This document shows positions 17,114 through 27,426 of a stretch of 64,000 nt of DNA, piece by piece; the stretch's first letter is position 1; every line of letters starts with the position of its first letter. Location: contig CAYPEW010000016.1 in NCBI GenBank assembly GCA_964409845.1, positions 383 through 64,382 on the forward strand. The letters are read 5' to 3'. The stretch is from an uncultured Jutongia sp. (GTDB lineage Bacteria; Bacillota; Clostridia; Lachnospirales; Lachnospiraceae). Position numbers and translations under genes: made by a program. The notes beneath the pieces are model-generated. The model did not search any database. It was not told where the DNA came from and worked only from the letters and a program-made list of their open reading frames with translations.

Positions 17114-17858
17114 ACAGAAGAAAAAGATAAGAAAAAACAGCAGAGATCCGACGAAAGATATCAAAGGATTTGCACTCTGGTTTCTCAAGGGGGGAGTATT
17201 AAGTTATTTGTTTTACCGCAATTTTCTATGTACGGGAATACTGGCATTACTTGTGGGGATTTGTGGTGTTTTTTGGGAACGGAAACAGGAGCGGAAACAC
17301 TGGAAAAAACAGATTAATCTGGAATTTCGGGAAGGCATGCAGGGAATAGCTACTGCATTAAATGCGGGTTATTCCATTGAAAATGCATTTGCTGAAGCTA
17401 GTAAAGACCTGGAATTATTATATGGAAAGAGGTCAACCCTGGCGCCAGAATTTCGGACAATAGTAACAAAATGTCAACTGAACTGTCCAGTGGAAGATGC
17501 GTTACAGGAATTGGCGATTCGGGTGGAAGTAGAAGATATTAGACGTTTTGCAGAGATCTTTCAGACAGCGAAACGGACGGGAGGAGATTTGATTGCTATT
17601 ACGCGGACAACTGCCGACCGGATTAGCGAAAAGATAGAGGTACAGCGTGAGATTGAGGCTATGAGTGCTGGCAAAAGAATGGAAGCGCAAGTGATGAATT
17701 GTGTACCATTAGGAATGATTTTGTATTTCTGGATCTGTTCGCCTGATTTTTTAAGCTGTTTATATCAGGGAAATGGCCGGCTTATTATGACATTTTTTCT
17801 CCTTGTGTATCTGTTAGCTTATTATTGGAGTGAAAGGATTGTTCAGATAAAGATATGA
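17106..17858 (+). CDS. TadB-like (T2SS F domain) membrane protein
   Basis: LNAGYSIENAF, KRTGGDL, TM helices; overlaps the cpaF stop. Confidence 0.88.
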   Translation: MNKQKKKIRKNSRDPTKDIKGFALWFLKGGVLSYLFYRNFLCTGILALLVGICGVFWERKQERKHWKKQINLEFREGMQGIATALNAGYSIENAFAEASKDLELLYGKRSTLAPEFRTIVTKCQLNCPVEDALQELAIRVEVEDIRRFAEIFQTAKRTGGDLIAITRTTADRISEKIEVQREIEAMSAGKRMEAQVMNCVPLGMILYFWICSPDFLSCLYQGNGRLIMTFFLLVYLLAYYWSERIVQIKI

Positions 17859-19195
17859 AAGGATTACAAATTATCGGGACTTGGTTGGATCATGTCTGGG
17901 AAGAAAAAATTTCTGATGCAAAAGTGGAGCAATTGCAGAAAATTTATGTCGGTAAAAATAGAAGCGGTGTCATACGGATTTATCAAAGAAAATTGGGGAA
18001 AGCGTTGGGATTACTGGGAGTCATTCTATGTCTGTTATTGATTTTATGCGTATTCTCTGAAGGAGAGGAGGGGAGAGTGGATGGACAAGACCGCATCAAA
18101 AGGCAGGAACCAGGTGGAGCCATAGAGGAGGTAGAGCTGGAAACTCATATTGCTGGACAGGAACGGTCAGTAACAATAGCAGTAGCCCCCCGTCAGTACA
18201 CGACGGAGGAATTGCAGGCAGAATTTACCCGCGTCAAACAATATGTTCTGCAAACTTATTTGGGAGCGAATGATTCTCCGAATCAGATTCTGTATGATTT
18301 ACAACTGGAAACCGAATTGCCGGATAGTGCAGTTCAGCTAAAGTGGCAGACAGATTCCACACAGCTGATCGAAGAAGATGGTTCTGTTCATTGGGAGCAG
18401 ATTGAGCAGGAAACAGCGGTAGAAATTACAGCAATTTTCCAATATGGAGAAGAGGAGGAAACTTTGCCATTACAACTGACTTTGCAGCCGCCACAACGAA
18501 CGGCACAGGAGCAGTTGTGGAGATCCTGGGAAAGGTCTCAGGAAATATTGGCAGAGGAAACAGAAAGCGATAACTATCTGCAATTGCCGAAATCCATTGA
18601 GGGAGAGAAGGTTCAATATAATATACCAGATAGGTCAATGTGGAGGTATGTACTGTTTGGTGTGGGTGTAGGGATACTGGTTATTCCGCTTTTGTTGGAG
18701 AGCCAGATTCGGCAGACAATTGTTAAAAGAGATCAAGAATTGCTTATGGATTATCCAGAAATGGTAGAACAATATGTGTTACTTATCGGTGCAGGTATGA
18801 CAATCAAAGGTGCCTGGATCCGAATTGCTTCGGATTATTTATCCATGCGTCAGAAAGGGCAACAGGAATATCGCTTTGTGTATGAGGAGATGTTAGTAAC
18901 TATGAGGGAACTGGATAGTGGGATGAGTGAACTCAGAGCTTACGAGTTGTTTGGAAGAAGAATCGGTATCTTATCTTATATGAAATTCACTACCCTCTTG
19001 ATGCAAAATCTTCGCAAGGGATCTGATGATTTATTGCGGATTCTGGAATATGAGGCAGTTGATGCATTTCGTCAGAGAAAGGAGCATGCCAAAGCATTAG
19101 GAGAAGAAGCTGGGACGAAACTATTGATGCCGATGATGTTGATGTTGTTAGTGGTACTTATGATGATTATTTACGCGGCCTTTCGCAGTATGTGA
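17855..19195 (+). CDS. TadC-like (T2SS F domain) membrane protein with extracellular domain
   Basis: DYPEMV...GAGMT, QNLRKGS, GEEAGTKLLMPM. Confidence 0.85.
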   Translation: MKGLQIIGTWLDHVWEEKISDAKVEQLQKIYVGKNRSGVIRIYQRKLGKALGLLGVILCLLLILCVFSEGEEGRVDGQDRIKRQEPGGAIEEVELETHIAGQERSVTIAVAPRQYTTEELQAEFTRVKQYVLQTYLGANDSPNQILYDLQLETELPDSAVQLKWQTDSTQLIEEDGSVHWEQIEQETAVEITAIFQYGEEEETLPLQLTLQPPQRTAQEQLWRSWERSQEILAEETESDNYLQLPKSIEGEKVQYNIPDRSMWRYVLFGVGVGILVIPLLLESQIRQTIVKRDQELLMDYPEMVEQYVLLIGAGMTIKGAWIRIASDYLSMRQKGQQEYRFVYEEMLVTMRELDSGMSELRAYELFGRRIGILSYMKFTTLLMQNLRKGSDDLLRILEYEAVDAFRQRKEHAKALGEEAGTKLLMPMMLMLLVVLMMIIYAAFRSM

Positions 19196-19347
19196 TTAAA
19201 ATTGTTAGGATGATAGCAGCAAACCATGAGCAAAGTGTCAGATATCCGGGGATGCCTGTTAAGCACGGGGGAACATACAAAATGAGAGAAAAAGGTGACA
19301 GCAGAAATCGAGGAATCATGATAGAAAAGAAATGGAGGAAATACGAT

Positions 19348-19548
19348 ATGAAAGATTATTTACAGGAGTTTTGGGAAGAGGAGTCGGGGATTGGTGTGGT
19401 TGAGATAATACTAATCTTAGTAATACTGATTATGTTGGTGGTGATATTCCGGACGCAAATTACGGCCATTGTTACTAAGGCATTTGAAGAAATTAACAGT
19501 GGGGCAAGTACGGTAAATTCTAAGATCAGCATAGGTAAAGACAAGTGA
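19348..19548 (+). CDS. Flp1-like type IVc major pilin
   Basis: GGAGG RBS; EEESG|IGVVEIILILVILI cleavage site with E+5 and hydrophobic helix. Confidence 0.9.
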   Translation: MKDYLQEFWEEESGIGVVEIILILVILIMLVVIFRTQITAIVTKAFEEINSGASTVNSKISIGKDK

Positions 19549-21179
19549 TGGGAAGGATATATCATTGTGCCCCCTGGAAAAGCAATGGAAGTATTACGGT
19601 ATTTCTGACATTAGTTTTTGGACTTGTTTTAGCTTTGATTACTGCTACATTCGAGAATGTACGATTTCTGACAGTGGATGCCTATCTATGTTCGGCAGCA
19701 GACAATGCGGCAATGTCGGTATTTGGTAATTATAATCGGGAGTTGTATCAGGAATATGGTTTGTTCGGATATGGAGGATATGCTGGACATGGAGTGACGG
19801 AATTGACAGATGTTTTTTTAGAGGCTCTGTCGGCTAACTTGCAGACAGAGCCGGAGAAAACTGGTTCTGGTCATGGAGAAGTCATGGGGAATTCATCTAG
19901 GGGGTATACATCACTGTATCGATTGTGTGATATAGAAGCTAGTCTTGATAATGTGGAAGATCTTACGGAAGAGACTGTATTTTATGAACAGATGGAGGCA
20001 TATTTAGGAACGCAGATCGTGACAGATCTGACGAAGAAAATCAGAGATAGTTGTCAGGATATATCCAATGCAGATCAAGGGAAATCTATACAGGATAATT
20101 TGGATATGACCAGTGAGTATGAGCATGGGGATTATAAGATGCCGGAGACAGGTACCGAAGAGACGGAAACGTCACCTGTACCAGAGGTTTCTTCTGCCTC
20201 CAGTCATGCAGGGGGAAATCCATTGGAAACTTTTCGAAAATTATTGCGGGATGGAGTGCTGAATTTAGTTTGTGATGCCAACAATTTATCATCAGAAGAT
20301 ATCGCTAGGATATATAGCCAGAAAAAGCAGGAAAAAAATCTTCCGGCAGACGATACTCAAGAGATGGGAACAGCAGATCTGTTAAAAAATCTGTTGGCAG
20401 ATCAGGAAGATTTATTTGCGGATGGAGTTTTGAACACATCAAAGAAACAGGCAGAACTAATCTGTTATGCGCAGCATGTTTTTCCGGACTATACGGAATC
20501 TGGCAAACAACATTTTCGTTATGGTTTGGAATATCTGATCTCTGGTTCCCAACAGGAAAAAGACAATTTGCAGGGAATTATTAACCGCCTGCTTGTTATT
20601 AGGACGGTGTTGAATTTTGCATATGTACATTCGGATACGGCTTTGCAGGCAGAGAGTCTGGCAACTGCAACGGAGATTGCAGGGGTATTAGGGCTGCCAG
20701 TTTTGATTACAGCCATACAGCAGACGATATTGTTAATTCTGTCAGTAGAGGAGAGCCTGGTTGATATTACGGCTTTATTAGAGGGGAAATCAGTGCCAAT
20801 ATGGAAAAATGCGACGAATTTTCAGATGACATATCCAGAAATATGTAGTGTGAATAAAGTGGTATTTCAGGTCAAAGCGGGAAAATATTCAAATAGTGGA
20901 AAGGCATGGAGTGAAGGCTGCCTGGATTATCAGCAATATCTTTGGGTGCTATTAATGATGACGTCTGAGAAATCTCTACGCCTGAGAGTTTATGATTTAA
21001 TTCAGGATGATTTACAGGTGCGTTATAATGCCACGTTTTCCCTGGAACAGTGTATGGGTGGAATGCAGTACCAAATCCAATATCAGATGCCATTTTTGTG
21101 GAATGTTTTTTTACCAAAGGGACAAACGCCAGGCATGGTAAAAAGAAGTTTTTCGGGTCAATATCGTTACCAGTCATAA
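19545..21179 (+). CDS. DUF5702 / TadG-like pseudopilin
   Basis: G|SITVFLTL N-terminus, YNRELYQEYGLF, EYLISG. Confidence 0.75.
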   Translation: MMGRIYHCAPWKSNGSITVFLTLVFGLVLALITATFENVRFLTVDAYLCSAADNAAMSVFGNYNRELYQEYGLFGYGGYAGHGVTELTDVFLEALSANLQTEPEKTGSGHGEVMGNSSRGYTSLYRLCDIEASLDNVEDLTEETVFYEQMEAYLGTQIVTDLTKKIRDSCQDISNADQGKSIQDNLDMTSEYEHGDYKMPETGTEETETSPVPEVSSASSHAGGNPLETFRKLLRDGVLNLVCDANNLSSEDIARIYSQKKQEKNLPADDTQEMGTADLLKNLLADQEDLFADGVLNTSKKQAELICYAQHVFPDYTESGKQHFRYGLEYLISGSQQEKDNLQGIINRLLVIRTVLNFAYVHSDTALQAESLATATEIAGVLGLPVLITAIQQTILLILSVEESLVDITALLEGKSVPIWKNATNFQMTYPEICSVNKVVFQVKAGKYSNSGKAWSEGCLDYQQYLWVLLMMTSEKSLRLRVYDLIQDDLQVRYNATFSLEQCMGGMQYQIQYQMPFLWNVFLPKGQTPGMVKRSFSGQYRYQS

Positions 21180-21227
21180 GAAAGCTGTCGAAGAAGCTTG
21201 TTCTGGTCAAAGCCGAGGAACTTAACA

Positions 21228-21372
21228 TACCCTGTGGAAACTAAATAGGACTTCCTCTGTCAAAAAATCATGTTTGTCAATTACTCATTAACCATTACAT
21301 ATAGTTAATCGCAGAGGTGCTCCCCGGTACTAAGCCATGGATGGAGGAGGTTCTATTTAGTTTTCACGGGTG
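21228..21372 (+). ncRNA. candidate structured RNA inside the tad operon
   Basis: About 33-bp stem (ACCCTGTGGAAACTAAATAGGACTTCCTCTGTC / GATGGAGGAGGTTCTATTTAGTTTTCACGGGT) whose non-Watson-Crick positions are G-U on the + strand. Confidence 0.5.
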
Positions 21373-21460
21373 CAATGCTAGGAAAGAGATGGAAGATTAT
21401 ATTTAACACAAGGTTTTGCATTTTGGATAGTATTAGAGAGAATAGATCGAGGTTATCAAT

Positions 21461-22156
21461 ATGGATCAGAGAAATAATAATCAGGTAAAAGCTTCCATAA
21501 CAGTAGAAGCATCTTTAGTGGTGCCAATTTTCTTTCTGGCTGTTTTTGTATTCATGTACTTATTTGAATCTTTGTTGGCGCAGAATGATTTGCAGGATCA
21601 ATTGAGCAAGTTGGCAGAGAATTACGCTTTTTATGGAGTACAGCTTCCCTGCATTCGAACAAGAGATGGAGCAGTAAAGCAGGTAGGATGGAAGGTAGAG
21701 GATGGAAGAGGATACTGTGATTCAGAGGTACAGCATTCCATTCCAGGACTGCCCTCCTGGTTGCTACAAGTACATTTGTATCAGAGAATGCAGGTTCACG
21801 ATTATACAGGAATGTCTATGGTATCAGAGGAGGACACTGAGAATAATATATATGTTTATGTTGCAGAAAATGGAACAGTATATCATATGGATATCGCTTG
21901 TACTTACCTTCGATTGGGGATACAGTCTGTTGGAGCTGATGTTGTGGATACGCTGAGAAATCAGTCTGGTGGTAAGTATAAACCGTGTGAATCTTGCATG
22001 GGAGAGCAGTCTGCAGCTGATTATTCATTTGTATATATTACACCATATGGTGCCCGATATCATCGGACGAAAGATTGTTCTGGTTTGCGGAGGACAGTCA
22101 GGCGAGTATTGCGATCAGCCGTTCCAGGTCTTCCACCATGTAGCAAATGTGGTTAA
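21461..22156 (+). CDS. TadE-like minor pilin with C-terminal His/Cys-rich domain
   Basis: KA|SITVEASLVVP; YHMDIAC...CESC...YHRTKDC...CSKC. Confidence 0.8.
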   Translation: MDQRNNNQVKASITVEASLVVPIFFLAVFVFMYLFESLLAQNDLQDQLSKLAENYAFYGVQLPCIRTRDGAVKQVGWKVEDGRGYCDSEVQHSIPGLPSWLLQVHLYQRMQVHDYTGMSMVSEEDTENNIYVYVAENGTVYHMDIACTYLRLGIQSVGADVVDTLRNQSGGKYKPCESCMGEQSAADYSFVYITPYGARYHRTKDCSGLRRTVRRVLRSAVPGLPPCSKCG

Positions 22157-22285
22157 AGTTGAAAGTACGATAGCGGCAAATATTTGTTATGGACTGTTTG
22201 TGCCCAGGTTAGGCATAGACTGACTGATAGAAATTGGCTTGTTTAAAAGTGTGTAGAAATTCTGGATTAGTCAAGGAGGAGAGAC

Positions 22286-22702
22286 GTGAATAGTATTTAT
22301 ATTGTTTTATTGGTTGGATTACTAATCTGTTCCTGGGAAGATGTGAGGTCGTATATGGTTTCATTACCTTTTGTTATTATATGGACTGGTTTGTTATGCG
22401 GCATGCAGATTTATCAGGGGAATATGAATCTTGTATTATTGATTGCATCAATAGTAACTATAGGAATTACAGCGATAGTGAGTCATTTGTCAGGAGAGGG
22501 AATTGGATTGGGAGATGGATTTTTATTTGCAATGGCAGTGATGGGACTTGGTGTGGCACAAAGCATACAGATGATTGTTTATTGTCTAACTGGGGCTTTT
22601 TGTGCAGCATTAATTGTATTGGTGTTATTTTCCGGGAAAAAAGATAGTAGGATTCCTTTGGCACCATTTATTTTTGGGGGCAGTCTTTTAGCAGTTTTAT
22701 AG
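22286..22702 (+). CDS. second A24 prepilin peptidase
   Basis: WED, GLGDG and IPLAPF motifs. Confidence 0.8.
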   Translation: MNSIYIVLLVGLLICSWEDVRSYMVSLPFVIIWTGLLCGMQIYQGNMNLVLLIASIVTIGITAIVSHLSGEGIGLGDGFLFAMAVMGLGVAQSIQMIVYCLTGAFCAALIVLVLFSGKKDSRIPLAPFIFGGSLLAVL

Positions 22703-22767
22703 TATTTTTGGGGCGAAATATTTTTTGACTCCAGCATCATGACATATAAAATAGGGAGATTAAGAAG

Positions 22768-23301
22768 TTGATACAGAGGCAATATGTTAAATCTAATGAA
22801 ATAACTAATCCATTTATGATAGTCACACATAGAATGAATTTAATAAATTTTAAAATAAGGCAGCAGAGATGCGAAGTGAGGAGTTGGGTAAAGGCTAGCT
22901 ATACTGTGGAGGCCGCATTTGTTATCCCCATAATTCTGGGTATATTTTTTGCATTGATATCTTTCTTATTTTTTGAGCATGATAAAGTCCTGCTCTATGC
23001 AAATATGAAGCAAGAAGTTATTTGTCTGGCGAAAGATCAAAGGGATATGCCAGATGATATCCAGTGGAGAAAACAACTGCAAAAAAACTTATGGATGGCA
23101 AAGGTAGATAGTGGTAGTGTCTCAAGAACAGCGATGCAGGTTAAGGGATCTGGTAAAGCGCAGATGAATCTGAAAATACCGGTAATGGAATATTTCCTGA
23201 ATCGGCAGCAGACGATACAATGGTCATATCAATATGACCATTGGCAGCCAGAGCAGATTCTTAGACAAAAGGACACTATAGTAGCGGCAAAGGAGAAGTA
23301 A
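22768..23301 (+). CDS. TadE-like minor pilin
   Basis: KA|SYTVEAAFVIP; true start probably downstream (about 22876). Confidence 0.75.
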   Translation: MIQRQYVKSNEITNPFMIVTHRMNLINFKIRQQRCEVRSWVKASYTVEAAFVIPIILGIFFALISFLFFEHDKVLLYANMKQEVICLAKDQRDMPDDIQWRKQLQKNLWMAKVDSGSVSRTAMQVKGSGKAQMNLKIPVMEYFLNRQQTIQWSYQYDHWQPEQILRQKDTIVAAKEK

Positions 23302-23302
23302 T

Positions 23303-24283
23303 ATGGAATTACAATGGGAGGAAGACCAGCAAGAATTGTCTTATTTGATAACACAGGAAGAAGGAGAGCGCTCGGTTGCATTGAAAATGATTGAGCATAA
23401 TCAGATTAAGGGATTATTACCTATGCATCGACAGTATATTGACGAACAGATCCAATTGATTTATGAGGTCTATGGATATCATAGTTTACAGGAGATCCTG
23501 GAGAAACAAGCTGCTTCGGTTACAAGGGCTTGTCGGATTTTATGGCAGATTTTAGATGTTTTATTAGAGAGTGAGGCATTTTTTCTCAATATGCAGGAAT
23601 ATTGTTACGATCCTAAATTTATTTATTTGGATCGTAATAATCATCAGATTTATTTATGCTATATGCCTGGTAGCAATCAGGATCCTTATGCGGGGGTTCG
23701 ACTTCTGCTGGAGACAGTTATGGAACATCTGGATCATCGAAATAAACAGGAAATAGAATGGTTTTATGGATTATACGATATGCATTGTGCGGAGGAGATT
23801 ACATTTGTGGAATTGCGGGAGCATTTGGAGCGATGTAGCAGAAATGTAAAGCAGGATTTGCAGGTGTACAGTGATATTCAGTCTGAGAAGGAGGTGTCAA
23901 ACAGAAAAAATAAAATGATTGCTAAAGACCAGCAATTGAAAAATAAAGGGGCTTTTTGTCTGAAACGATATGAGCAGCGAAAGTTTTGGAAGAGAAAACA
24001 GGAAATGGTTTCTGTTTTACCAGAACAGTTTTTATTATGTGAGGGACAGTATGCAGTGGGAAGACGACAGGATCAGACAATGCAGTTATTACCACAACAG
24101 ATTAGTAGAGAACATGCATTATTAGAGGTGGAGCAGGACCAGATCTATCTGACAGACCGAGGATCTGCTAATGGAACCTATATTAATGACAGAAAAATAT
24201 CCGCACATGTAAGGACTCGCTTGAAAACTGGAGATGTGATTACATTTGCGGACATTTCCTATCAGTTATCGTATTGTGGTTAA
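23303..24283 (+). CDS. DUF6382 + FHA domain protein
   Basis: MIEHNQIKGLLP N-terminal domain; FHA motifs GR, ISREHA, SANGTYIN. Confidence 0.85.
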   Translation: MELQWEEDQQELSYLITQEEGERSVALKMIEHNQIKGLLPMHRQYIDEQIQLIYEVYGYHSLQEILEKQAASVTRACRILWQILDVLLESEAFFLNMQEYCYDPKFIYLDRNNHQIYLCYMPGSNQDPYAGVRLLLETVMEHLDHRNKQEIEWFYGLYDMHCAEEITFVELREHLERCSRNVKQDLQVYSDIQSEKEVSNRKNKMIAKDQQLKNKGAFCLKRYEQRKFWKRKQEMVSVLPEQFLLCEGQYAVGRRQDQTMQLLPQQISREHALLEVEQDQIYLTDRGSANGTYINDRKISAHVRTRLKTGDVITFADISYQLSYCG

Positions 24284-24384
24284 TATATCTAAACTAAGTA
24301 TTCATTGTACTAGCATAACTGTTCGCAATGAAGCATACTAAAAATCATTCTGTGTATAAAATCCAGTTATAATAAATCACTATA

Positions 24385-26649
24385 CTAGTGTGTAATGGCG
24401 GAAATCTGAGTATAGACATGATAATATCCGTCATGTAGCAGATAGTCTTTGGCACAAATATTTCCAGTGTCAATAAGATTGTCAAAGCGGTACAGATTAT
24501 ATTCCCCTTGTTGGTAAGCGAAATCTTCTCCGTTATCCTGATAATGTTCATATGCTTCTACATAACCGTTATTGTCAGGATAGATCTGTAATTGCAGAGT
24601 ATCCAGATCTGCCGGATTGATGGAAAGCATGGCAGGATAAGTAGGCAGGATACTTCCTGCCTTGACATAAATAGGGCAGTAATCCAAAGGGGCGTCCTGC
24701 AGGATGTATCTGCCGCCCTGGATACGGGTATTATCCCAATAATTTATCCAGAGACCTTCCGGAAGATAGACAGATCTTACAGTTGCTCCTTGATCGGTAA
24801 TTGGTGCGACTAATAGCTTATCTCCTACCAGATATTCGTCGTTGCATTGCAGAGTGTTAGGATCTTTGCTGTAATGCAGAACCAGTGGCCGCAGGATAGG
24901 AAGTCCAGTCTGGGTTTGTTGATAACATAGGTCATACAAATAAGGAAGGAAACAATAATGTAATTGAATATATTTTCGGTTTATATCCAATGTTTGGTAG
25001 TCAAACTGCCACGGCTCCTGTCTGCGGGTATATTTGGCGCTGTGGTTGCGGAATAATGGTGAAAAACAGTTTGCCTCGATCCAGCGGCAAAGCAGTTCTG
25101 GAGTGGTGTTGGCACCGAAACCACCAATATCTGTACCGGCTAGTGGCTGGCCGGATAGCCCCAGATTTAGTAATTGTGGGATGGACATTTTAAGATGGCA
25201 CCATAGGCTTTGGTTGTCACCAGTCCAAACAGTTGCATATTTTTGTGTTCCGCTGTAGCACGCCCTGGTAATGACAAATGGTCTTCTGCCATCATTTTTC
25301 TTCAGACCTTCATAGGTGGCTTTTGCCATGAGATGTCCATATACATTATGGATATCCTCGTGCAGAAGCGGTTCTACATCTCCTGGAAAAATCACATCGT
25401 CCGGTAATGGACCATGGAAACTGGCTGGTTCATTCATGTCATTCCAAATGCCACGAATATGATGCTGCGTTTGGAATTTGCTTTGTTCTGCCCACCAGTT
25501 TCTGACTGCTTTGGAAGTAAAATCTGGAAAGACAGAATCGCCTGGCCAGACCACATTATGGTACACTTCGCCTTCTGGTGTCTGTGCAAAATAGTTGTTT
25601 TGCAAGCCGGTGTCGTAGAGAGAATAGCCAGATTCTGCCTTGACGCCCGGATCAATAATAGTTACCAATTTAATTCCCATCTCTGTCAATGTGTCGCTTA
25701 ATGCGGTTAGATCAGGAAAACGGGATTTATCCACGGTGAATACCTTAAAAGCATCCATATAATCGATATCCAAGTGGATCGCATCACAAGGAATCTGTAA
25801 TTTGCGAAAGGTTTTTGCCAGTTCCAGGACTTCTCCCGCAGAGGAATAACTCCAACGGGACTGCTGGTATCCTAGAGTCCAGAGTTGTGGCAAAGGTGCT
25901 CTGCCTGTCAGAGACGTATAGTCGGATACAACATCACTCATAGTAGCGCCATAGATAAAGTAGTAGTCTAATTCTCCTTTTGCGGCAGAGAAACTATAGT
26001 ATTCTGTACTTTCATAACCTAGATCAAAGTAAGTTTTATGTGGATTGTCCACAAAAATACCATAGACACAATCCTGGCGCAATACGATGAGAAAGGGGAT
26101 GGATTTATACAATGCCCGGAAAGTAGGATTTTCTACTTGAGGATCTGGTAGATCGGAATTCCACATAATATAGTCATAACCTTTTTTATCTAAGAATCCG
26201 GTTTTGTCCCCCAGGCCGTAGAAATGTTCATCGCCATATAGTTTTTTACATATTTGATAGGAACGTGGAACATCTGCGTCTGGGACAGAATGCCCCTCCT
26301 GCGCCATGAGATCTCGTTCCTTTGGAGACAAATTTTCTTTAGAGACAGTATTTCCAGAATAGTCTTCACATAGTATTCTGCCATCTGAGGATGAGATGGA
26401 AAGAAGATTTTGTGGAGAAATTTGAATTCGGAGCATGCTGGTATCATAGCATTCCCTAGCCTGTTGATAGAAACTACCTGTGTTTTCTGGTAAATGTTCA
26501 ATGGCATAAGAGGTGGAGTTATGATGTGTTGGAAATTTCTGGGTATTGCCAGATACACTCCGGATGCGAAGTATATGGTTTGTCAATGCATCAATCTGCA
26601 GGGTATCGGTAAGCAGAGTGGTTTGTCGGTTTATTAATTGAGTTTTCAT
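24385..26649 (-). CDS. GH31 alpha-glucosidase
   Basis: YGLGDK, LDIDYM, WNDMNE nucleophile, WTGDN acid/base. Confidence 0.93.
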   Translation of the reverse strand: MKTQLINRQTTLLTDTLQIDALTNHILRIRSVSGNTQKFPTHHNSTSYAIEHLPENTGSFYQQARECYDTSMLRIQISPQNLLSISSSDGRILCEDYSGNTVSKENLSPKERDLMAQEGHSVPDADVPRSYQICKKLYGDEHFYGLGDKTGFLDKKGYDYIMWNSDLPDPQVENPTFRALYKSIPFLIVLRQDCVYGIFVDNPHKTYFDLGYESTEYYSFSAAKGELDYYFIYGATMSDVVSDYTSLTGRAPLPQLWTLGYQQSRWSYSSAGEVLELAKTFRKLQIPCDAIHLDIDYMDAFKVFTVDKSRFPDLTALSDTLTEMGIKLVTIIDPGVKAESGYSLYDTGLQNNYFAQTPEGEVYHNVVWPGDSVFPDFTSKAVRNWWAEQSKFQTQHHIRGIWNDMNEPASFHGPLPDDVIFPGDVEPLLHEDIHNVYGHLMAKATYEGLKKNDGRRPFVITRACYSGTQKYATVWTGDNQSLWCHLKMSIPQLLNLGLSGQPLAGTDIGGFGANTTPELLCRWIEANCFSPLFRNHSAKYTRRQEPWQFDYQTLDINRKYIQLHYCFLPYLYDLCYQQTQTGLPILRPLVLHYSKDPNTLQCNDEYLVGDKLLVAPITDQGATVRSVYLPEGLWINYWDNTRIQGGRYILQDAPLDYCPIYVKAGSILPTYPAMLSINPADLDTLQLQIYPDNNGYVEAYEHYQDNGEDFAYQQGEYNLYRFDNLIDTGNICAKDYLLHDGYYHVYTQISAITH

Positions 26650-26879
26650 TGATGATCCCCCCATTTATTTATATGGTTATAAAACGAAAAATTGAATTAT
26701 TACGGTTCTGTTGCCGTGCTAGTTTTCTATGAAAGTAGTGTAACATAATCCCTGTTGGGGAGCAAATGACATATGTAACTTCATTATGTTAATTTTCTAT
26801 TTTATTGTCAGAATGGGGAACCATTTGGATTTTTCTTTTTCTATATTTTGTGTTATTATGCGGGATTGAAATTAATGCA

Positions 26880-26912
26880 CAACAAGGATATATTTTTGAT
26901 ATATCCTTGTTG
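26880..26912. terminator. terminator-like hairpin
   Basis: CAACAAGGATATA/TATATCCTTGTTG 13-bp perfect stem downstream of the PrcB-like gene. Confidence 0.6.
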
Positions 26913-26933
26913 CTGGCAAATACCACATGATCT

Positions 26934-27356
26934 CTACAGTTCAGCGAAAGTAACCGGTAAATCAATCAATTCGATTTTCAGTACAATATAGGGATAGGAA
27001 ATGCGCCCGTCTATGGTGTCACCAGCAGATGGACCGAACAATTCTGTATCCAGATACAGACTGTCTTCCGTTTGATAAAAGTCGTTGACCACAATATTAT
27101 ATCCACCGGTTTCCTGTTCTCCATATCCTTTCACAATATATAGATAGGACTGATCGGAAAAAGTCAACTGAAATGGTACTTCTTTTCGGGGCTCTATGAT
27201 ATCATGAAGATCTTCTGGAATATCTTCTTCTGGAACCACAGTATAATCAATGGATTTTACCTTTTCCACTTGTTTTTCCTTGCCACAGCCCCCCAGACAG
27301 ACAGCATCACATAATAATACGATCAGTAATAGGGTAGAAATAATATATTTTTTCAT
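26934..27356 (-). CDS. PrcB C-terminal domain lipoprotein
   Basis: Lipobox LGGC; YGEQETGGYNI and SYPYIV motifs. Confidence 0.8.
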   Translation of the reverse strand: MKKYIISTLLLIVLLCDAVCLGGCGKEKQVEKVKSIDYTVVPEEDIPEDLHDIIEPRKEVPFQLTFSDQSYLYIVKGYGEQETGGYNIVVNDFYQTEDSLYLDTELFGPSAGDTIDGRISYPYIVLKIELIDLPVTFAEL

Positions 27357-27426
27357 AGTGCTTCCCTTTTTTGGTGTTTTTACTATATATAGGATATGGC
27401 AAGGGAAAATATGCCTGTCAGATGGA

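Noticed and set aside
19200..19340. Possible c-di-GMP-I riboswitch upstream of flp (GCAAAC...GCAAAG)
   Set aside because: The GAAA tetraloop stem and P1/P3 pairing cannot be built.
21228..21372. Invertible DNA switch
   Set aside because: Arms are imperfect in a G-U-biased way and no recombinase is nearby.
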